DNA of 64,000 nt from Candidatus Coprovivens sp. (GCA_051892935.1 JBJFGS010000018.1:1-64000); one strand, 5' to 3'. Numbered from the stretch's first letter, positions 41,225 to 51,382 are shown. A program made the numbers and translations. The notes: generated from the sequence alone by a model not told the origin.

Positions 41225-42160
41225 ATGAGGTTGAAGTACATCGACGGACTAATGGGCTTCGTAATAGGCGATGCTATGGGAGTACCTTTAGAATTCAAAA
41301 GTAGAGAAGAACTATTAAAAAAACCAGTTACCAAAATGATTGGCTACGGAACTCATAATCAACCAGAAGGAACTTGGTCAGACGACACATCAATGATGAT
41401 TGCGACAATCGACTCAATAAATGCCAAAAATGGTATCGATTTATACGATATTGCCTTAAAGTTTGCTGCTTTTAAAAATCATGCTCAATACACACCAAAT
41501 AGAGAAGTATTCGACATTGGTGGTACTTGCGCAAAAGCTATAGATAAATTTGAAGAAGCCCACGAAGATCCAACACAATGTGGTCTAACCGATATAAATT
41601 CTAACGGAAACGGCTCTCTAATGCGAATCTTACCAATAGCTTATTACGCAATAGCTAAAAAATTAAAAGATTTTGAAATATTAGACTTAGTAAGAAAAAT
41701 ATCATCAATTACTCACGCCCACGATATAAGCGTAATGGGATGTTATATATATACAAGATTTGCTATTTTCCTTTTAAATGGTAAAGATAAGTATTCAGCA
41801 TATAGCATGACAAAATGTGTAGATTATACAATGTTTAGTGTAGAAGCTCAAGAAGCATATAGTAGATTATTAAAAGAAGATATAGGTAAACTAACCATTA
41901 AAGATATAAAGTCAAGTGGATACATAGTTGATACTTTAGAAGCTGCTATATGGGTGCTCCTAAAATCAGAAAACTATAAAGAAGCTATAATAGGTGCAAT
42001 AAACCTTGGAGAAGATACAGATACAATCGGAGCACTAACAGGCGGACTTGCAGGCATAGTATTTGGATACGACTACATACCTGAAGAATGGAAAAACAAA
42101 ATAGTCAGAAAAGAATACCTACTAGATATCTTTGAAGAATTTAGCGAAAACAAATATTAA
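41225..42160 (+). CDS. ADP-ribosylglycohydrolase (DraG family)
   Basis: GDAMGVP, WSDDT, GNGSLMR, GEDTDT. Confidence 0.93.
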   Translation: MRLKYIDGLMGFVIGDAMGVPLEFKSREELLKKPVTKMIGYGTHNQPEGTWSDDTSMMIATIDSINAKNGIDLYDIALKFAAFKNHAQYTPNREVFDIGGTCAKAIDKFEEAHEDPTQCGLTDINSNGNGSLMRILPIAYYAIAKKLKDFEILDLVRKISSITHAHDISVMGCYIYTRFAIFLLNGKDKYSAYSMTKCVDYTMFSVEAQEAYSRLLKEDIGKLTIKDIKSSGYIVDTLEAAIWVLLKSENYKEAIIGAINLGEDTDTIGALTGGLAGIVFGYDYIPEEWKNKIVRKEYLLDIFEEFSENKY

Positions 42161-42249
42161 TAAGGAGTCATCTCCTTTTTTTTATGTATTTATAATACTT
42201 ATAAAATAAGATTTATGATATAATTCTAATTAGAAAGTAGGAAAAAAAT

Positions 42250-42924
42250 ATGTTATTAGAAAGTTATATATACTCAATGCCAGATTTTATAGATATATTT
42301 TTATTATTATTAATAACCTTTGTTGTTATAGGTTTATATATTATTCGAAAAAAAGGTAGTCCAGAAAATGATATATATAAAAGTAATGAAACATTATTAA
42401 AAAAATACAACATAACAAATAAAGAAGTGTTAACTAAAGAAATATTTAATCTTTTTTCATCAACTGAAGAAGCAAGAACTCGTGAGGACAAAAAAGCAAT
42501 AGAATACCTATGTAGCCAAGAACTATCTAAGCAATATATTAAAGAATTATCTAATCTTCATGAAATGGAACTAGAATACACAAATAAAAATTATGAACTA
42601 GTAACATTAAAATTAAAAGAAATAAAAGAAGAAAATAACACTTTAAAAATAACGGCAGTTATCAAAACAAAATGTATATCTTATGTACAAAGTACTGAAG
42701 GCGAAATGTTAGATGGAGATATAGATGATAAAGAAGATAGAACAAATACCATTATTGTAAAAAAAGATTTAAATAAACCAACAGTAAACTGTTTAAACTG
42801 TAATGCTCCTTTAGAAGAACAAGCAGAAAATAAATGTCCATATTGTAATACGCCATTTAACTATAAATCAACCAAATGGACAATGCTATCTAACAAAAAA
42901 GGTGACTTATATGAAGAAAAATAA
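42250..42924 (+). CDS. Tim44-like domain + zinc ribbon membrane protein
   Basis: TM; CLNCNAP..CPYC..W. Confidence 0.6.
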   Translation: MLLESYIYSMPDFIDIFLLLLITFVVIGLYIIRKKGSPENDIYKSNETLLKKYNITNKEVLTKEIFNLFSSTEEARTREDKKAIEYLCSQELSKQYIKELSNLHEMELEYTNKNYELVTLKLKEIKEENNTLKITAVIKTKCISYVQSTEGEMLDGDIDDKEDRTNTIIVKKDLNKPTVNCLNCNAPLEEQAENKCPYCNTPFNYKSTKWTMLSNKKGDLYEEK

Positions 42925-43624
42925 AAATATTTTAATATCCATTTATTTAATAGGTATTATACTAGTACCATTAATAATCCATGCATTTCCACCAATTATT
43001 TTAATCGTAACACTTATATTTATATTTTCTCCAATCTTTGCTTATTTTAATGAAATACATTGGACTAACGGAAAATACAAAAACAAATATCGTATTCTAA
43101 GTGACAAAAGTATTAGTGATTTAGGCATTGAAAACAAAGAAGAAACAATCGAAGAACTACAAGATTTACTATCAAAATTCTTAATTGAATACACAAAAGT
43201 TAATATTGAAGAACTAAAAAAATATAGCGTAGAATTAGCTTTCCATAATGCTAAGTATCATCTTGAAAACAATGAAAAACCTAATTCTATAAGCAACATA
43301 AAATACCTTGATTCTAAAATATTTGAAATTCAATCAACTCACGATCTTATAAAAATATATATTCTTTTAAAAGCAGAATATAACGTAATAAATAACAAAG
43401 AAAAATCAAAACAAACTTCAACATTTGAATGCGTTTTTAAAGCAGATAATAAAAAAGAATACTTTGATAACTGCCCTAATTGTGGTGCTCCTTTAAAAAA
43501 AATATCTAATCACGAATGTGAATTCTGTAAGCAGAAAATATATCATAAAAATTGGAAATTAGCTGAACTAAAAGAAATAAAAGAAGATTATAAAGAAATA
43601 TATGAAAAGGAAAAAGAGTCTTAA
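42911..43624 (+). CDS. Tim44-like domain + zinc ribbon membrane protein
   Basis: 2 TMs; CPNCGAP..CEFC..WKL. Confidence 0.6.
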   Translation: MKKNKNILISIYLIGIILVPLIIHAFPPIILIVTLIFIFSPIFAYFNEIHWTNGKYKNKYRILSDKSISDLGIENKEETIEELQDLLSKFLIEYTKVNIEELKKYSVELAFHNAKYHLENNEKPNSISNIKYLDSKIFEIQSTHDLIKIYILLKAEYNVINNKEKSKQTSTFECVFKADNKKEYFDNCPNCGAPLKKISNHECEFCKQKIYHKNWKLAELKEIKEDYKEIYEKEKES

Positions 43625-43649
43625 AAGACTTTTTTTTATGAATAAAATA

Positions 43650-43684
43650 AACTCCTTTCACCCTAAATACTTATGAAAGGAGTT
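43650..43684 (+). promoter_or_regulatory. SD-sequestering hairpin of sigG
   Basis: Perfect 11-bp IR AACTCCTTTCA/TGAAAGGAGTT. Confidence 0.75.
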
Positions 43685-43687
43685 ATT

Positions 43688-44461
43688 ATGTACAATAAGA
43701 AAGTTGAAATACCAGGAGTAAATACAAGCGAATTAAAAACCTTGAGTAATGAAGAAATGACTGAATTATTTATCGCATATCAAAATGGTGATAAAACAGC
43801 CAAAGATAAATTAGTAGAAAGTAATCTTAAATTAGTTTTAAGTATCTTAAAAAGATTTAAAACTAATGAATCTAATATAAATGATCTTTTTCAAATAGGA
43901 TGTATAGGTTTAATTAAAGCTATTGATAATTTCGATTTATCACTAAATGTATGCTTTAGTACATATGCTGTATTTCTAATCAAAGGAGAAATATTACGAG
44001 CATTTCGTGATTCAACTCCCATAAGAGTAAGCCGAAGTACCAAAGATATTGCCAACAAAATCTTAGATTATAAAGAAGAATACTATAATCAACATGGGCA
44101 TGAACCAACCAACGAAGAAATATCAAAAAAATTAGGAATAGATGAATACTACATAGGCTATGCTCTAACATCACTAAAAGAACCAATAAGTATTTATAGT
44201 CCTATATACAATGATGGTGGTGACACAATTTACTTACTAGACCAAATTGCTACCAAAGAACCAGTTTATGATAAAGAAACATTACTATCATTAAGAAGAG
44301 CCCTAGGAAAACTAAAAGATCGTGAAAAACAAATAATATATAGTAGATATATCTATGGTAAAACCCAAACTGAATTAAGTGAAGAACTAAACATCTCCCA
44401 AGCACAAGTATCACGAATCGAAAAAACCGCCCTTGAAAACATTAAAAAATTAGTAAAATAA
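43688..44461 (+). CDS. sigG: Forespore sigma factor SigG
   Basis: KVEIPGVNTSELKTL N-terminus; DLFQIGCIGLIKAIDNFD; PIYNDGGDTIY; GKTQ; SQAQVSRIEK. Confidence 0.9.
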   Translation: MYNKKVEIPGVNTSELKTLSNEEMTELFIAYQNGDKTAKDKLVESNLKLVLSILKRFKTNESNINDLFQIGCIGLIKAIDNFDLSLNVCFSTYAVFLIKGEILRAFRDSTPIRVSRSTKDIANKILDYKEEYYNQHGHEPTNEEISKKLGIDEYYIGYALTSLKEPISIYSPIYNDGGDTIYLLDQIATKEPVYDKETLLSLRRALGKLKDREKQIIYSRYIYGKTQTELSEELNISQAQVSRIEKTALENIKKLVK

Positions 44462-44492
44462 TGATATAATATTCATAAGAAGGATGATGTTT

Positions 44493-45554
44493 ATGAATAA
44501 GAAAAAAATACTAACCATAATAGCAATTATTATAATAATTATCTTATCAATAGTATTAATTGTAAAAAAAGAAGATGAAAAGAAAGACGAAGAACCAATA
44601 AATAAAGATTATATATTTATTAATTCCCAGAAACTAAATCAAGACTTTGAAATAAACACTAATAATGATGGATATTCTACATTAGGAATTGCAACTAATC
44701 AAGAAGAATACGAAAAAATATTAACTCAATATAATATTAATATCGAAAATGAATCAAAAAAAGACTATTCTAAAAATAACTATGCTCTTATTGTTATAAG
44801 ATATATTGAATGTAATGAAGAAATAGAACCTAAAAACATTACGACTTCTAAAGATAAAGTAACACTAAAATTCAATGTTATTGGCTTGTGTGGCTTATGT
44901 AGCCCAAGTTACAACTTATACGAAGCCGAAATACCAAAAAACATTACATCAAAAGATAATGTTAATATAGAATATGAATACAAAAAAAGTGATTGTGATA
45001 TAAATGTCGAATATAAACCAGTATTGTATCTATATCCAAAAAAGACAACAACTATAAAAGTTAATTTTGAACATGAAGAAAGACTTACAACAACATATCC
45101 AAAATATAAAGAAGAATGGCAAGTAATTGCTAATCCTAATGGTGATTTATATGATAGTAATAACAACTATTACTATGCCCTATATTGGGAAGAAGTTTCT
45201 AAAAGAAATATCGACTTTAGTGAAGGATTCTACGTAACAAAAGATAATGCAATATCATTTCTTGAAGAAAAACTAACTATTCTAGGATTAAATCCAAAAG
45301 AAAGAAATGAATTCATTATGTACTGGTTACCAGTATTAGAAAACAATCAACAAAGTATAGTATATTTTGAACTAACTAAAGAACTTCAAAATAATAACAA
45401 ATTAATAATAAGTCCAGAACCTGATACATTAATTAGAATAAGAATAAATATAAAGAAAGTATCAGAAAAACCAATAATCAAAGAGCAACAATTAACTAAA
45501 CAAGAAAGAAACGGATTTACAGCTATTGAATGGGGTGGCGTAATCCATAACTAA
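44493..45554 (+). CDS. Membrane-anchored protein with conserved KPVLYLYP...EWGG domain
   Basis: TM; KPVLYLYP, YYALYWE, NEFIMYWLP, IEWGG. Confidence 0.65.
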   Translation: MNKKKILTIIAIIIIIILSIVLIVKKEDEKKDEEPINKDYIFINSQKLNQDFEINTNNDGYSTLGIATNQEEYEKILTQYNINIENESKKDYSKNNYALIVIRYIECNEEIEPKNITTSKDKVTLKFNVIGLCGLCSPSYNLYEAEIPKNITSKDNVNIEYEYKKSDCDINVEYKPVLYLYPKKTTTIKVNFEHEERLTTTYPKYKEEWQVIANPNGDLYDSNNNYYYALYWEEVSKRNIDFSEGFYVTKDNAISFLEEKLTILGLNPKERNEFIMYWLPVLENNQQSIVYFELTKELQNNNKLIISPEPDTLIRIRINIKKVSEKPIIKEQQLTKQERNGFTAIEWGGVIHN

Positions 45555-45574
45555 AATATTTAAGTAATAAAATA

Positions 45575-45615
45575 ATAAAAACATATAATTATAATAGGTG
45601 ATTATATGTTTTTAT
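45575..45615 (+). promoter_or_regulatory. Hairpin covering part of the ylmC SD and the start codon; CATATAAT -10 in the left arm
   Basis: 17-bp stem with one G-U pair. Confidence 0.55.
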
Positions 45616-45830
45616 CTGAATTACAAAGTAAAGATATTATAAGTACAAAAGATGGCCGCCGTCTTGGAAGAATAATAGATGCCGAAATAAATAACCAAGG
45701 TCAAATAATAACTCTAGTTTTAGAAGAAAAAAAATCATTTAAAAAAATAATGATGTCAACAAATGACTCCAAAGTTCCCTTTACCAGTATAACCAAAATA
45801 GGTGAGGATGTAATTTTAGTAGATATATGA
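45606..45830 (+). CDS. ylmC: YlmC/YmxH PRC-barrel sporulation protein
   Basis: LSELQSKDII..DGRRLGRIID...ITKIGEDVILV; downstream of sigG. Confidence 0.88.
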   Translation: MFLSELQSKDIISTKDGRRLGRIIDAEINNQGQIITLVLEEKKSFKKIMMSTNDSKVPFTSITKIGEDVILVDI

Positions 45831-45854
45831 TATAATGTAGCGGAGGTGTAACCA

Positions 45855-46361
45855 GTGAATAAAAAAATATTAATAATAGCCATAATTGCCTTAGCACTTG
45901 ATCAAATAACTAAAGTAACATTTAGCATTTTTCTTACAATAAATCAATCCATAAAAGTAATTCCAAACTTTTTTTATTTGACTTTAGTTCATAATAAAGG
46001 AGCAGCTTGGGGAATATTTAGTAATAGTCGAGCTATAATTGCTATAGGTACGATAATATCTTTAATTCTAATATATCATTTTATATATTGTTTTAAACAA
46101 AATAGTAGAAATAATTTAGCTTTTGGGTTATTATTAGGTGGACTAGGTGGAAACTTAATAGATCGTATATTATTTGGTTACGTAAGAGATTTTTTAGATT
46201 TTTATATTTTTAATTATGATTATCCTGTATTCAATGTAGCAGATATAGCTATAGTACTAGGTGTAATCTTATTAATAATAGCAGTAATAAAGGGGGAAGA
46301 TGTTAATGAAAATAATAGTAACAGAAAACAAAGAAAGACTAGACAAATATCTAGCAAATAA
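45855..46361 (+). CDS. lspA: Lipoprotein signal peptidase
   Basis: DQITK, NKGAAWG, GNLIDR, VRDF, PVFNVAD. Confidence 0.96.
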   Translation: MNKKILIIAIIALALDQITKVTFSIFLTINQSIKVIPNFFYLTLVHNKGAAWGIFSNSRAIIAIGTIISLILIYHFIYCFKQNSRNNLAFGLLLGGLGGNLIDRILFGYVRDFLDFYIFNYDYPVFNVADIAIVLGVILLIIAVIKGEDVNENNSNRKQRKTRQISSK

Positions 46362-47202
46362 TACGGAATACTCTCGTTCAACAATTATGAAAATGCTTGA
46401 TGCTGAATACATAAAAGTAAATGGTAAACAAGAAAAAGCTTCATATAAAGTAAGAATAAATGATGAAATAGAAATAAAAGATGGTTTTATCGAAGAAAAT
46501 GATATTACACCAGTAGAAATGCCTATTGATATAGTATATGAAGATGATGATATACTTGTTGTAAACAAACCAAGTGGTTTAGTAGTTCATCCTGGTTCGG
46601 GAAATTACGATAATACACTTGTAAATGGTTTAATGTATTATACTAATACACTAAGTGATATCAACGGTGAAGAAAGACCAGGTATTGTTCATCGTATTGA
46701 TAAAGATACATCAGGTTTATTATTAATAGCTAAGAATAATAAATCTCATGCTATACTTACAGAATACTTTAAAGAACATCAAAATATCAAAAGAGAATAC
46801 ATAGCCTTAATATGTGGCAACTTCCCTCATGAATCGGCAACAATAGATGCTCCAATAGGTAGAGATCCAAAAGATAGAAAAAAAATGACAGTTACTGCAG
46901 ATAATTCTAAAGAAGCAATAACTCATTTAAAAGTACTAAAAAGATATCACGACTACACACTAGTAAGTTTAGTTCTCGAAACAGGTCGTACACATCAAAT
47001 AAGAGTACATATGAATTATATAGGATATCCTATATATAATGATCCTGTATATAATACAAAAAAATGTACAGAATTTGGCCAATTCTTACATTCATACAAA
47101 ATGGATTTTATTCATCCAATAACCAAAAAAGAGATGCACTTTGAAGCTCCACTTCCAAAAGAATTTCAAAACTTTATAGACTCATTAGATAAAGATCTAT
47201 AA
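46306..47202 (+). CDS. rluD: RluA-family pseudouridine synthase
   Basis: S4 domain; VHRIDKDTSGL; GRTHQIRVH; follows lspA. Confidence 0.9.
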   Translation: MKIIVTENKERLDKYLANNTEYSRSTIMKMLDAEYIKVNGKQEKASYKVRINDEIEIKDGFIEENDITPVEMPIDIVYEDDDILVVNKPSGLVVHPGSGNYDNTLVNGLMYYTNTLSDINGEERPGIVHRIDKDTSGLLLIAKNNKSHAILTEYFKEHQNIKREYIALICGNFPHESATIDAPIGRDPKDRKKMTVTADNSKEAITHLKVLKRYHDYTLVSLVLETGRTHQIRVHMNYIGYPIYNDPVYNTKKCTEFGQFLHSYKMDFIHPITKKEMHFEAPLPKEFQNFIDSLDKDL

Positions 47203-47509
47203 TAAGATAAAATAAAAAAACAATATATATTAGATATGGAATAGATAACAATCTATATTTATCATATGTTATCTTAATTTCATAATTCAAAAAAATTGTA
47301 TTTAAAAGTAAAAAAAACATATTAACTAAACTAAATAAATAATCTTTATAGTAGAATAAAAAAACTAAAAAAGAAAATGACAAAATAAAATTAGATATAA
47401 CAAAAAAGACTAAATCATTTTTCATTTTCTTTTCAAAAATAAGCCTACAAAAAAGAATAGATATCAATAATAAGACAATTAAATAAATAATAACCAATAT
47501 ATTAAACAT
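47174..47509 (-). CDS. Truncated TspO/MBR-like membrane protein
   Basis: GAGGTG SD; C-terminal LLSIPYLIY resembles TspO LL.PYL.W. Confidence 0.5.
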   Translation of the reverse strand: MFNILVIIYLIVLLLISILFCRLIFEKKMKNDLVFFVISNFILSFSFLVFLFYYKDYLFSLVNMFFLLLNTIFLNYEIKITYDKYRLLSIPYLIYIVFLFYLIIDLYLMSL

Positions 47510-47568
47510 TATCCCACCTCATATTAAATAATATGTAATAAAGATAATTATATGAAAACGAGGAAAAC

Positions 47569-49437
47569 ATGAAAGATTATACATTATTAAAAGACAGATT
47601 AACAAAAGAAAAACAAATAACTACCAAAGACATAGTTTCTTTAGGCTTTAGCCAATATGATATAAAAGTATTTATTGAAAACAACATTTTAACTAAAGTA
47701 TCTAGAGGTTTATATTACTATCGTCCTTCTTTAATTGCAGAAGAAACAGAAAAAAACAATATAGAAGAACAAATGCAAGAAAAAAAAACAGAAGAACAAG
47801 AAAAACAAAATATAAAAGATGACCTAAATTATCAAGTTAAAAATGCAACATATCTAATGATAAAAAAAGAAACAGATAAAGCTATTAAATCATTTGAAGA
47901 AGTACTAAAAAAAGACCCAAGCAATCAATATGCAAGATTTGCTATCTTTGCATGCTTTATGTTTAAAAAAGATTTTGCAACTGCTTATAATAAATTAATT
48001 CAATTATATAATAATCGAATAAATGATGAACTTTTATTTAATATATATTATTATATGTTACTCTTAAAAGAGTTAATTCCAATAGATGAAAAAATATTAA
48101 ATGATATAGCAAATATTATAGCAACAGAAGGAACAAATATTAAAAGACCACAAGAAGGTTCAACCACTAAAAAATTAATAAGAGCTATCAGTAAAGAAGA
48201 TTGGGAAAAAGCTTTTAAGTATGCAAACATTAATATAAGCATTGATAGAAATCAAAGAAAATATCATCTCACTAATCAATGTTATAGATTTTTAGTAATA
48301 GCAGTTATTAAAAGTAAAAACTTAATATTCGAAAGAAAACAAGAAGAACCAGTCCCAGAAATAGAAATTGAAGAAGAACCAACTATCATTGTTCCACAAA
48401 CTACAATAGATCAAACAATTAAACAAAATTTACTATTAGAAGCAATCAATAGTAATGATTATCAAACAGCACTAACTCTTTTAGAACAAGAAAAAATAGA
48501 TAATCCTGAATTAATAATAAAAACTCTATTAACAAAACTTCATAGTATTCAAAGTCTAATAACCACAACAATCCCAATAAAAGTAACTACTACAGAAAAT
48601 GTAAGATTAGTAGATGAAAATGAATTAGAAACACCAAAACTAACTGAAAAAGCTTTTGAGGAAGAAAAAAAAGTTGAACCACCAATAGTAACACCAACTA
48701 ATCCTGAATCAAGCAAGAGTAATCCAGAACAACTAATAAATACTGCTTATATGGCATACAAGGAATTTTTAACTATACAAAACTTCGAAGAAGCTCGACG
48801 TAATCTACAAAGATATGAATACTTAATTAATAATAACGGAGCACATCGTAATATAAAATACCACTATAATAGAATAGCATTATTAGAACAAGAATATACT
48901 TCCAATCCAAACAGATACTTTCAACATCAAGATTTACAAGAAAAAATTTTTCAAGCTAAAAAAAGAAAATCTTATAAAGAAGTTTTATCTTTAATATCTG
49001 AATATAAAAGATTAGGCGGTATAATCCAGCCAATAGTTCAAGTAATAGAAGCCGAAATGTACATAATGCAAAACGACCTTGAACAAGCAGAAATAATACT
49101 CTCTAATATAAAAGATAATGAAGAACCTGAGTACTTTACTGCTAAAGCACGTATTTACTATGAGCAAAGAAAATTTGAAGAATGTATAAAAATGTGTATT
49201 GCTTATAATGAGAGAAGACCATCATATAATGCCGCTAATTACATTATGTTAGCTAATTGTTATAAAAGGTTAAATAAACCAAGTAAAGCATTAAAAGCAC
49301 TACGTAAAGCAGATGAAATAAATAAAGCAAAAAATTATATTAAAGATTTATCCAGTGATATAGCTGATTTAGAATATCAATCAGATATTCAAAAAGAAAT
49401 ACGATTATCTATGACCCCTAAAAAAAATAAAAAATAA
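47569..49437 (+). CDS. AbiEi-type winged-helix N-terminus fused to TPR repeats
   Basis: ITTKDIVSLGFS...LTKVSRGLY; TPR-like AIKSFEEVLKKDPSN and YIMLANCYKRL..ALKALRKA. Confidence 0.65.
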   Translation: MKDYTLLKDRLTKEKQITTKDIVSLGFSQYDIKVFIENNILTKVSRGLYYYRPSLIAEETEKNNIEEQMQEKKTEEQEKQNIKDDLNYQVKNATYLMIKKETDKAIKSFEEVLKKDPSNQYARFAIFACFMFKKDFATAYNKLIQLYNNRINDELLFNIYYYMLLLKELIPIDEKILNDIANIIATEGTNIKRPQEGSTTKKLIRAISKEDWEKAFKYANINISIDRNQRKYHLTNQCYRFLVIAVIKSKNLIFERKQEEPVPEIEIEEEPTIIVPQTTIDQTIKQNLLLEAINSNDYQTALTLLEQEKIDNPELIIKTLLTKLHSIQSLITTTIPIKVTTTENVRLVDENELETPKLTEKAFEEEKKVEPPIVTPTNPESSKSNPEQLINTAYMAYKEFLTIQNFEEARRNLQRYEYLINNNGAHRNIKYHYNRIALLEQEYTSNPNRYFQHQDLQEKIFQAKKRKSYKEVLSLISEYKRLGGIIQPIVQVIEAEMYIMQNDLEQAEIILSNIKDNEEPEYFTAKARIYYEQRKFEECIKMCIAYNERRPSYNAANYIMLANCYKRLNKPSKALKALRKADEINKAKNYIKDLSSDIADLEYQSDIQKEIRLSMTPKKNKK

Positions 49438-49505
49438 TTAAAAAAGGATAGAGTTATTTGAAAATACTTAAAATTTGATATAATATAATTAATAGGAGGT
49501 ACAAT

Positions 49506-50666
49506 ATGAGTACTATTGTTATGAATAAAAAAGATGAAATAATTATGAAATTAGTTCATTATTTCATTACCGAAGAAAATTATAATCCTATAGTAGTTAA
49601 TGGAGTAAAAGATGAAATATGGTTAGAAAACTCTGAAGGACCATATCGTATCATAAGAATTAATTCGAATAATATTTTTAATAAAGAACAATTAAATTAT
49701 GATTTTTTCAAAATAGAAAGTATTGTTCGTCAAATAAAAAAGAAAACATTATCATTTAATGTTAATACTCTAAATATATTATTAGATGTTAATGAAGATT
49801 TAAAAATAGAAGCACCTAAAAATATAAAACCAGTACCATTAATTGGAAATGATTTAAATATTACTGATGAAGATATCTTAGAAGCTTTTCCAAACATTAA
49901 TGAGAAACTACTAAAAGATTCAACTGGAGTAGATTTAATAATAAATGTAACTAAAGATATCAATGAAAAAACAGAAAAAGATAATAGAATATATGAAAAA
50001 ACATTTAAACCTAAAAAGATTGTTTTTACAAATCTAATAATTATTGCTTGTATCATAATGTTTATCATAGAATGCATTATGGATGGAGCAGGTGTTCTAT
50101 TTAAAGGAGTAACTACTTCTACGGCAATTAATCTAGGAGCTAATATAAGAGCGCTATTACAAGCAGGAGAAATATGGCGATTAGTTACAGCAGCATTCTT
50201 ACATGCCAATTTAATTCACTTAGCACTTAATATGTATTCATTATATATAGTTGGTAGTCAAATAGAAACATTCCTAGGTAAAGTAAAATTCCTTATAATA
50301 TACTTTATAAGTGCAATAGCCGGATGTTTATTATCAGCAGTTTCTTCAGGTTCTCCATCTGTTGGAGCATCTGGAGCAATATTTGGTCTACTAGGAGCAT
50401 TATTATATTTTGGATATCATTATCGTACTTATTTAGGTAATGTTGTTAAAACACAAATATTACCAATTATAGTTTTAAACTTAGCTATCGGATTTATGTC
50501 AACAAGTATTGACAACTTTGCTCATATAGGTGGTTTAATAGGTGGAATATTCACAACAATGGCTCTTGGTGTAGATGGACGATCTAAAACATATGAGAAA
50601 ATAAATGGTTTCCTATGTTTAATTATTTTTATAGGATTCCTTAGTTATTTATTATTCTTTGCATAA
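49506..50666 (+). CDS. Rhomboid intramembrane serine protease (GluP-like)
   Basis: WRLVTAAFLH, HLALNM, GASGAIFG, AHIGG; long N-terminal domain. Confidence 0.93.
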   Translation: MSTIVMNKKDEIIMKLVHYFITEENYNPIVVNGVKDEIWLENSEGPYRIIRINSNNIFNKEQLNYDFFKIESIVRQIKKKTLSFNVNTLNILLDVNEDLKIEAPKNIKPVPLIGNDLNITDEDILEAFPNINEKLLKDSTGVDLIINVTKDINEKTEKDNRIYEKTFKPKKIVFTNLIIIACIIMFIIECIMDGAGVLFKGVTTSTAINLGANIRALLQAGEIWRLVTAAFLHANLIHLALNMYSLYIVGSQIETFLGKVKFLIIYFISAIAGCLLSAVSSGSPSVGASGAIFGLLGALLYFGYHYRTYLGNVVKTQILPIIVLNLAIGFMSTSIDNFAHIGGLIGGIFTTMALGVDGRSKTYEKINGFLCLIIFIGFLSYLLFFA

Positions 50667-50696
50667 AAAAACTTAATCACATGATTAAGTTTTTTT
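50665..50696. terminator. Bidirectional terminator between rhomboid and lexA
   Basis: A7-CTTAATCA/TGATTAAG-T7. Confidence 0.75.
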
Positions 50697-50717
50697 CTAT
50701 TCCTTCTTCTTTAATTA

Positions 50718-51338
50718 TTATAAACTTCTATATAAGCCAATAGCTTTACCTAATATTGTACAATTATCTAATATAATAGGACTCATTGTATCATTCTCAG
50801 GTTGTAATCTAATATAATCCTTTTCTTTATAAAAAGTCTTCAACGTAACATCTCCATCATCAGTCATAGCAACAACTATTTCACCATTACGAGCAACTTT
50901 TTGCTTTTGAACTATAATTATATCTCCATCATAGATACCTACATTTATCATTGACTCACCACTAGCTTTCAAAGTAAATATAGTCTCCCTAGCAGGAATT
51001 AAACTAGCGGGCAATGTAAACCATTCATCAGGATTTTCAATTGCTTCAATTGGATTACCACAAGAAACAGTACCTAATAACGGAACTTTAACTAATTCTT
51101 CATCTTTTTTAGCAAATTCATTATCACCAACAATTTCAATTGTTCTAAATTTTGAATTAGTTTTTCTTATACAACCAGCATCTTCTAATTTTTTTAAATG
51201 TGTATGTACAGTAGCAGGTGATGATAAACCAAGTGCTGAACCAATTTCTCTTGTTGAAGGTGGAAATCCATGCTCAACTACATATTTTTTTATATAGTTA
51301 AGAACATCTTCTTGTCTTTTTGTAATGTTTTTATCCAT
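50718..51338 (-). CDS. lexA: SOS repressor LexA
   Basis: GFPPSTREIG..LSSPATVH; VSCG.P cleavage site; GESM; TLK; GGAGG SD. Confidence 0.96.
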   Translation of the reverse strand: MDKNITKRQEDVLNYIKKYVVEHGFPPSTREIGSALGLSSPATVHTHLKKLEDAGCIRKTNSKFRTIEIVGDNEFAKKDEELVKVPLLGTVSCGNPIEAIENPDEWFTLPASLIPARETIFTLKASGESMINVGIYDGDIIIVQKQKVARNGEIVVAMTDDGDVTLKTFYKEKDYIRLQPENDTMSPIILDNCTILGKAIGLYRSL

Positions 51339-51382
51339 ATGCTTACCTCCATTTAAATAATAGCATATCAAGTGTAAAAAGT

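Noticed and set aside
43688-44461. SigF or SigB assignment
   Set aside because: The KVEI.GV.TS.L N-terminus, PIYNDGGD motif and ylmC linkage indicate SigG
47569-49437. Complete AbiE toxin-antitoxin system
   Set aside because: No AbiEii toxin gene adjacent
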